From positions 496-64,495 of the forward strand of contig CABUDZ010000001.1 in the NCBI GenBank assembly GCA_902490445.1: DNA of 64,000 bases. Reading direction: 5' to 3'. The DNA comes from an uncultured Collinsella sp. (lineage in GTDB: Bacteria; Actinomycetota; Coriobacteriia; Coriobacteriales; Coriobacteriaceae). Shown one piece after another: positions 60,777 through 64,000 of the stretch. Both the position numbers and the translations under genes were made by a program. How positions within the stretch are numbered: the first letter of the stretch is position 1; each line of letters begins with the position of its first letter. The notes below the pieces were generated by a model. The model saw only the letters and a list, made by a program, of their open reading frames with translations. It had not been told where the DNA came from and ran no database searches.

Positions 60777-61175
60777 ACGGACCCCTTTCTTTCCCCATTC
60801 ATCCCAGATGACCCTCGAGAAGCCCGGAAGGGGAGCCCGCGCTTTCGTGTTGGATGTTGCTTGCCCATCCTTTAGACATGGAATTGAGAATACCATAATT
60901 CTTACGATTTCCTTATGAGTTTTCGGCAGCCTACATTCCGGCAGATTCATAGGTCTACCTCTGGTTATATGCGGTGCTACATGAACATCGTTTACCTTAT
61001 TTGATCTCTCTCCCGCGCAGTCATAAGCCCCTCTTAAGCCTTGCGACCGCAGCGCCATGCCAACGCACACATTCGCCCTCCGCCGAGCTTCGCCCTAGCC
61101 CTTCCCCACCCGCTATACTGATGTAGCACGTGTAATTTCTGCCTGCTTATGCGGGCTATTTGCCGGGAGGACTCT

Positions 61176-61688
61176 ATGGCTGCCGCCAATCAACCCAAGG
61201 GAAGCGTTTCTACCGGATCGATCAAGCCGGTGACGCGCAAAGCCGTTCGTTGTCAGCGCGAAGTTGCCTGGCTGGTCACGCAAGCGGCCGGTAAGCTCGT
61301 CGCCACCACCGACGACGTCAACGCGCCCACACCCAGCTTTGTGCTGGCGGCGGCGTTGTCATATGCCCGCGAGCAGGAGCAGACCGCCCGGGACCGTGAC
61401 GCCGCGATCGACTACAAGGCCGTCATGGGCTCCGACCTCGCGAGCTTTTGTGCGGCCGCGGGGCTGCCCGCAGCGCCCAACGCGCTTTCGGACGCGGGCT
61501 ACATGTTCACGCTCTCGGGCGCGGATCTGATCCGCGACATCTATGCCTACTGCGGCGACCTGGGCGAGCGCATGAGAGATCCGGTGCAGGTCAAACCGGG
61601 CTACGCGATCAAGCTCGCGTTGCGGTTGTTCTTGCTGGACGACGCCGCTGGCAACGGCGCTACCTCCGCCGACAACGCCTCCGCATAA
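61176..61688 (+). CDS. Hypothetical protein (170 aa), opposite strand to the fibre genes
   Basis: GGGAGG RBS, GC-rich third positions, hairpin after the stop. Confidence 0.75.
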   Translation: MAAANQPKGSVSTGSIKPVTRKAVRCQREVAWLVTQAAGKLVATTDDVNAPTPSFVLAAALSYAREQEQTARDRDAAIDYKAVMGSDLASFCAAAGLPAAPNALSDAGYMFTLSGADLIRDIYAYCGDLGERMRDPVQVKPGYAIKLALRLFLLDDAAGNGATSADNASA

Positions 61689-61736
61689 CAAAAGCGCCGG
61701 GTCGGGAAATCACTCCCGGCCCGGCGCTTCTTCGTT

Positions 61737-62906
61737 CTACTTGTCCCCGTCCCCCGCGGGCGAGTTCTTTTGGTTGCGACGGTTACTCCAGGTCACGTTG
61801 TGTTCCTTGTAGTAATCGGGCGCCTCGTTGCCGCTCGCGCTAATGGGGTCGTTGCCGGTCAGGGTGTCGGCAATATCCTGCACGAATTTAATGAACAGGC
61901 TCGAGTCGTCGGTCTCGGACGAATCAAAGTCAAAGCCAAACTCCACCGCACCGCCGATGATCTTGTCCACGCACTCCGGGTCGTCGCCGTCCAGCCAAAT
62001 GACCACGGTGTACTTGTCCACATCGCCCACGCGAAAGTTCTTGTGGCTAATGGTCGTCACCACGTCCTTGGACGCAAACGGCTCGGTGTTGGGCTCGGGG
62101 CTGCCGTCGGCCGTTGCCGCCGCATAGGTGGTGGGCTCGCCGTTGCGGTACACCCGCACGCGCGCCGCCTTCTCCACGCCCTTGCTGGCGCTGACCACCT
62201 TGAGCTTGGCGCTGTAGCCCAGATCGGTCTTGCCGGCGTTGCGGATATAGAAGGTGTACGCCACATAGTTCTTGCCGTTGTGGCTGCCGTCGATGTTATC
62301 CAGGTTGTCGGGCAGGTCGTCGGCAGCGATATTGGTGCCGTTGTCCACGGCGTCGGCCGCCAGGCGCGCGGTGGCGTTGTTAAAGTCGCCATTGTCGGCA
62401 ATGGCCACGCCGCGGCGGAACAGCTCCAGGCGGTTGAGGTTGATGGTGAAGTTACCCATGTTTTCCTGCATAAACGACAGGGCAAACAGCACGCCAAAGG
62501 CAAGCGCCAGCACCACGAGGGCTTTTTGTAGCTTGTCCATGCGCAGCAGCGCCGTGCCGATGCGCTCCATGCGGCGCTTGGGCATGTACATGGACACGAC
62601 CGCGTCGGGGTCGATGTCGTCGAGGTCCTGGTCGGCCAGCGCCTGCTCCAGCTCCTCGATGCGCACCACGCCGCGCAAGTCGCGCTTGGGCTTGCGCTTG
62701 GGTTTGGGTTTGGGCTTGGACTTGGGCTTGCCGAAGCGCTTGCGGGAGGCGGGGGGCTGGTCGGGCGCGGAGTCCTCGCCGGGCGCGTCCTCGGCGTTGG
62801 CGCCGGGAGCGTCCTGTAGCGCGTCCTCGGCTTGGTCCTCGGTCAAACCCTCGGCCAAATCCTCGGCAGCTTGATCTTTGTTGTCGTTACGCTTGAACAG
62901 AGCCAT
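61737..62906 (-). CDS. Membrane-anchored paralogue of the fibre subunits
   Basis: Acidic/KP-repeat N-terminus, single TM, YTFYIRNAG, AARVRV, IWLDGDDPEC. Confidence 0.8.
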   Translation of the reverse strand: MALFKRNDNKDQAAEDLAEGLTEDQAEDALQDAPGANAEDAPGEDSAPDQPPASRKRFGKPKSKPKPKPKRKPKRDLRGVVRIEELEQALADQDLDDIDPDAVVSMYMPKRRMERIGTALLRMDKLQKALVVLALAFGVLFALSFMQENMGNFTINLNRLELFRRGVAIADNGDFNNATARLAADAVDNGTNIAADDLPDNLDNIDGSHNGKNYVAYTFYIRNAGKTDLGYSAKLKVVSASKGVEKAARVRVYRNGEPTTYAAATADGSPEPNTEPFASKDVVTTISHKNFRVGDVDKYTVVIWLDGDDPECVDKIIGGAVEFGFDFDSSETDDSSLFIKFVQDIADTLTGNDPISASGNEAPDYYKEHNVTWSNRRNQKNSPAGDGDK

Positions 62907-62911
62907 GGCGA

Positions 62912-63577
62912 TCAGATCTTATATTTCGTGCGAATGTAGCCGACGTATTCTTTGACGAGCTCGCGCTCCATGTCGTCGGCGTAGCGGAACTGCAGGCCGC
63001 AGACGTTGCGGTACAGGCTGCCCTTGGGCGCGCGGCGCACCCAGCACACGATGCCCAGCTGCTCGGGCAGCTCGTGGCGCTCGCCCTGCAGGCGGATCGT
63101 GGGCATTTGCACGGCCAGGGCCTCGCCCACGTCGGGATAATCGTTGAGGTAGACGGCCAGGCCGCCGGCCGAGACGTCGATGGTCATGGCGTCCTCGGGC
63201 TCGGAGGCGGCCGCGTTGTCGCGCTGGTAGGTAAGGCGCATGGCGACCTTAAAACGCTCGTCGCGGCGCTTGACAAAGGTGCGCTGCTCGGCGACTTTGC
63301 GCATTTTCCAGTAGGTGCGGATGCCTTTTTTCTCGACTGCCTCGGGATAGCCGGCGAGCACGAACGTCTCCTCGCCCACTTTGTATTGCAGCAGCAGCTT
63401 TTGGTTTTCGTCCATGATGAGCGGCTTGCCGGCGAGCATGGGCGCGCTCATAAGGAAGTACGCGTCGTCCAGGTTCTCTTTGTACGTGGCGAGCATGTTG
63501 AAGTCGGTTTTTTGGCCCATGGGCACGTCGAATGCCACCTGAAGCTTGGTCCCCGGCGTTATCTGTTGCTCTGCCAT
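62912..63577 (-). CDS. PilZ-domain (YcgR-like) c-di-GMP receptor
   Basis: RRDER (RxxxR) and DVSAGG (D/NxSxxG), preceded by an N-terminal domain of about 100 aa. Confidence 0.9.
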   Translation of the reverse strand: MAEQQITPGTKLQVAFDVPMGQKTDFNMLATYKENLDDAYFLMSAPMLAGKPLIMDENQKLLLQYKVGEETFVLAGYPEAVEKKGIRTYWKMRKVAEQRTFVKRRDERFKVAMRLTYQRDNAAASEPEDAMTIDVSAGGLAVYLNDYPDVGEALAVQMPTIRLQGERHELPEQLGIVCWVRRAPKGSLYRNVCGLQFRYADDMERELVKEYVGYIRTKYKI

Positions 63578-63770
63578 GTTGTCTCCCCCAGTCGCGGGCG
63601 CCGATATCATCGTCGTGCGCGATGCACATTGGGCTATTGTACCTGCTTTGCCGCAGGTTTCGATGTGCAGCGTGTGAAATGGCGGGATGCAGGGCGCGGG
63701 TGAACGCGCAGCTGCTCCGCGCGCGGCATTAATCTGACAGCGATGCATGCCCCCGACAGTCCGTCTGTCT

Positions 63771-63994
63771 ATCTCTCAGCCATCTCTCATTTATCCCTCA
63801 GCTTAGAGATGAGTGAGAGATGAGAGACAAAAATGCCGTTATCGGTTCAAGCAAATCACGTTCGCGCAGGTAAACACATGTATACGGGAACTTTGACTCG
63901 ATCCACCAGCCACCTTGCAGCAATGTTATCTCTCATATTTATCTCTCATCTTTCAGCTATCTCTCGTGTTAGTGACGAATGAGAGACGAGAGAT
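63771..63994. repeat. Two clusters of ATCTCTCA/TGAGAGAT repeats
   Basis: Forward units at 63771, 63782, 63793, 63928, 63941, 63959; reverse units at 63814, 63821, 63980, 63987. Confidence 0.8.
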
Positions 63995-64000
63995 GCTCGA

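Noticed and set aside
60915..61005. Possible c-di-GMP-I riboswitch upstream of the major subunit (GGTAAAC...GGCTGCCGAA on the minus strand)
   Set aside because: The ends resemble P1, but I could not form the GNRA-capped P2 or the GCAAA/P3 core; a covariance-model search would be needed
63771..63994. CRISPR array
   Set aside because: Repeats are only 8 bp, in both orientations, without regular unique spacers; no cas genes in the window

Overview
GC-rich chromosomal segment, probably from a coriobacterial actinobacterium (Collinsella-like; this is inference from gene content and composition). Housekeeping genes: serS, proC, rlmH, SPFH, tatD, rsmA, metG, rsmI, rsgA, a P-type ATPase, pyk, pheST with a Phe T-box, an M32 carboxypeptidase and glmM. 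It also has five tRNA genes (2x Arg-ACG, Leu-CAG, Phe-GAA, Val-GAC), a Ni/Co ECF transporter with a NikR-like operator, a monoderm Tad/Flp pilus locus (14.3-23.9 kb) and a frameshifted toxin-antitoxin pair. The most unusual region is 45.3-63.6 kb. It encodes seven paralogous fibre/TasA-like proteins sharing a C-terminal (W/Y/F)x(E/D)GxD motif, six of them with SipW-type 'T(Y/F)AW(F/Y)' signal peptides, plus two SipW signal peptidases. Between the peptidases lie a membrane-anchored McrB-like AAA+ NTPase and a DUF2357 (McrC-partner-like) protein whose expected nuclease region is replaced by a long coiled coil. A PilZ c-di-GMP receptor heads the locus. This looks like an McrBC-derived motor co-opted into a surface-fibre system. 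The presumed major subunit carries one in-frame TAG, and the locus is split by tRNA-Val plus a small nuclease-rich cassette. Non-coding oddities: a candidate riboswitch before the P-type ATPase, 11-bp-periodic motif arrays shared by the Tad upstream region and a second site, covarying hairpin repeats, and cognate anti-T-arm copies downstream of two tRNAs. All family assignments are from motif recognition by eye; no searches were run.
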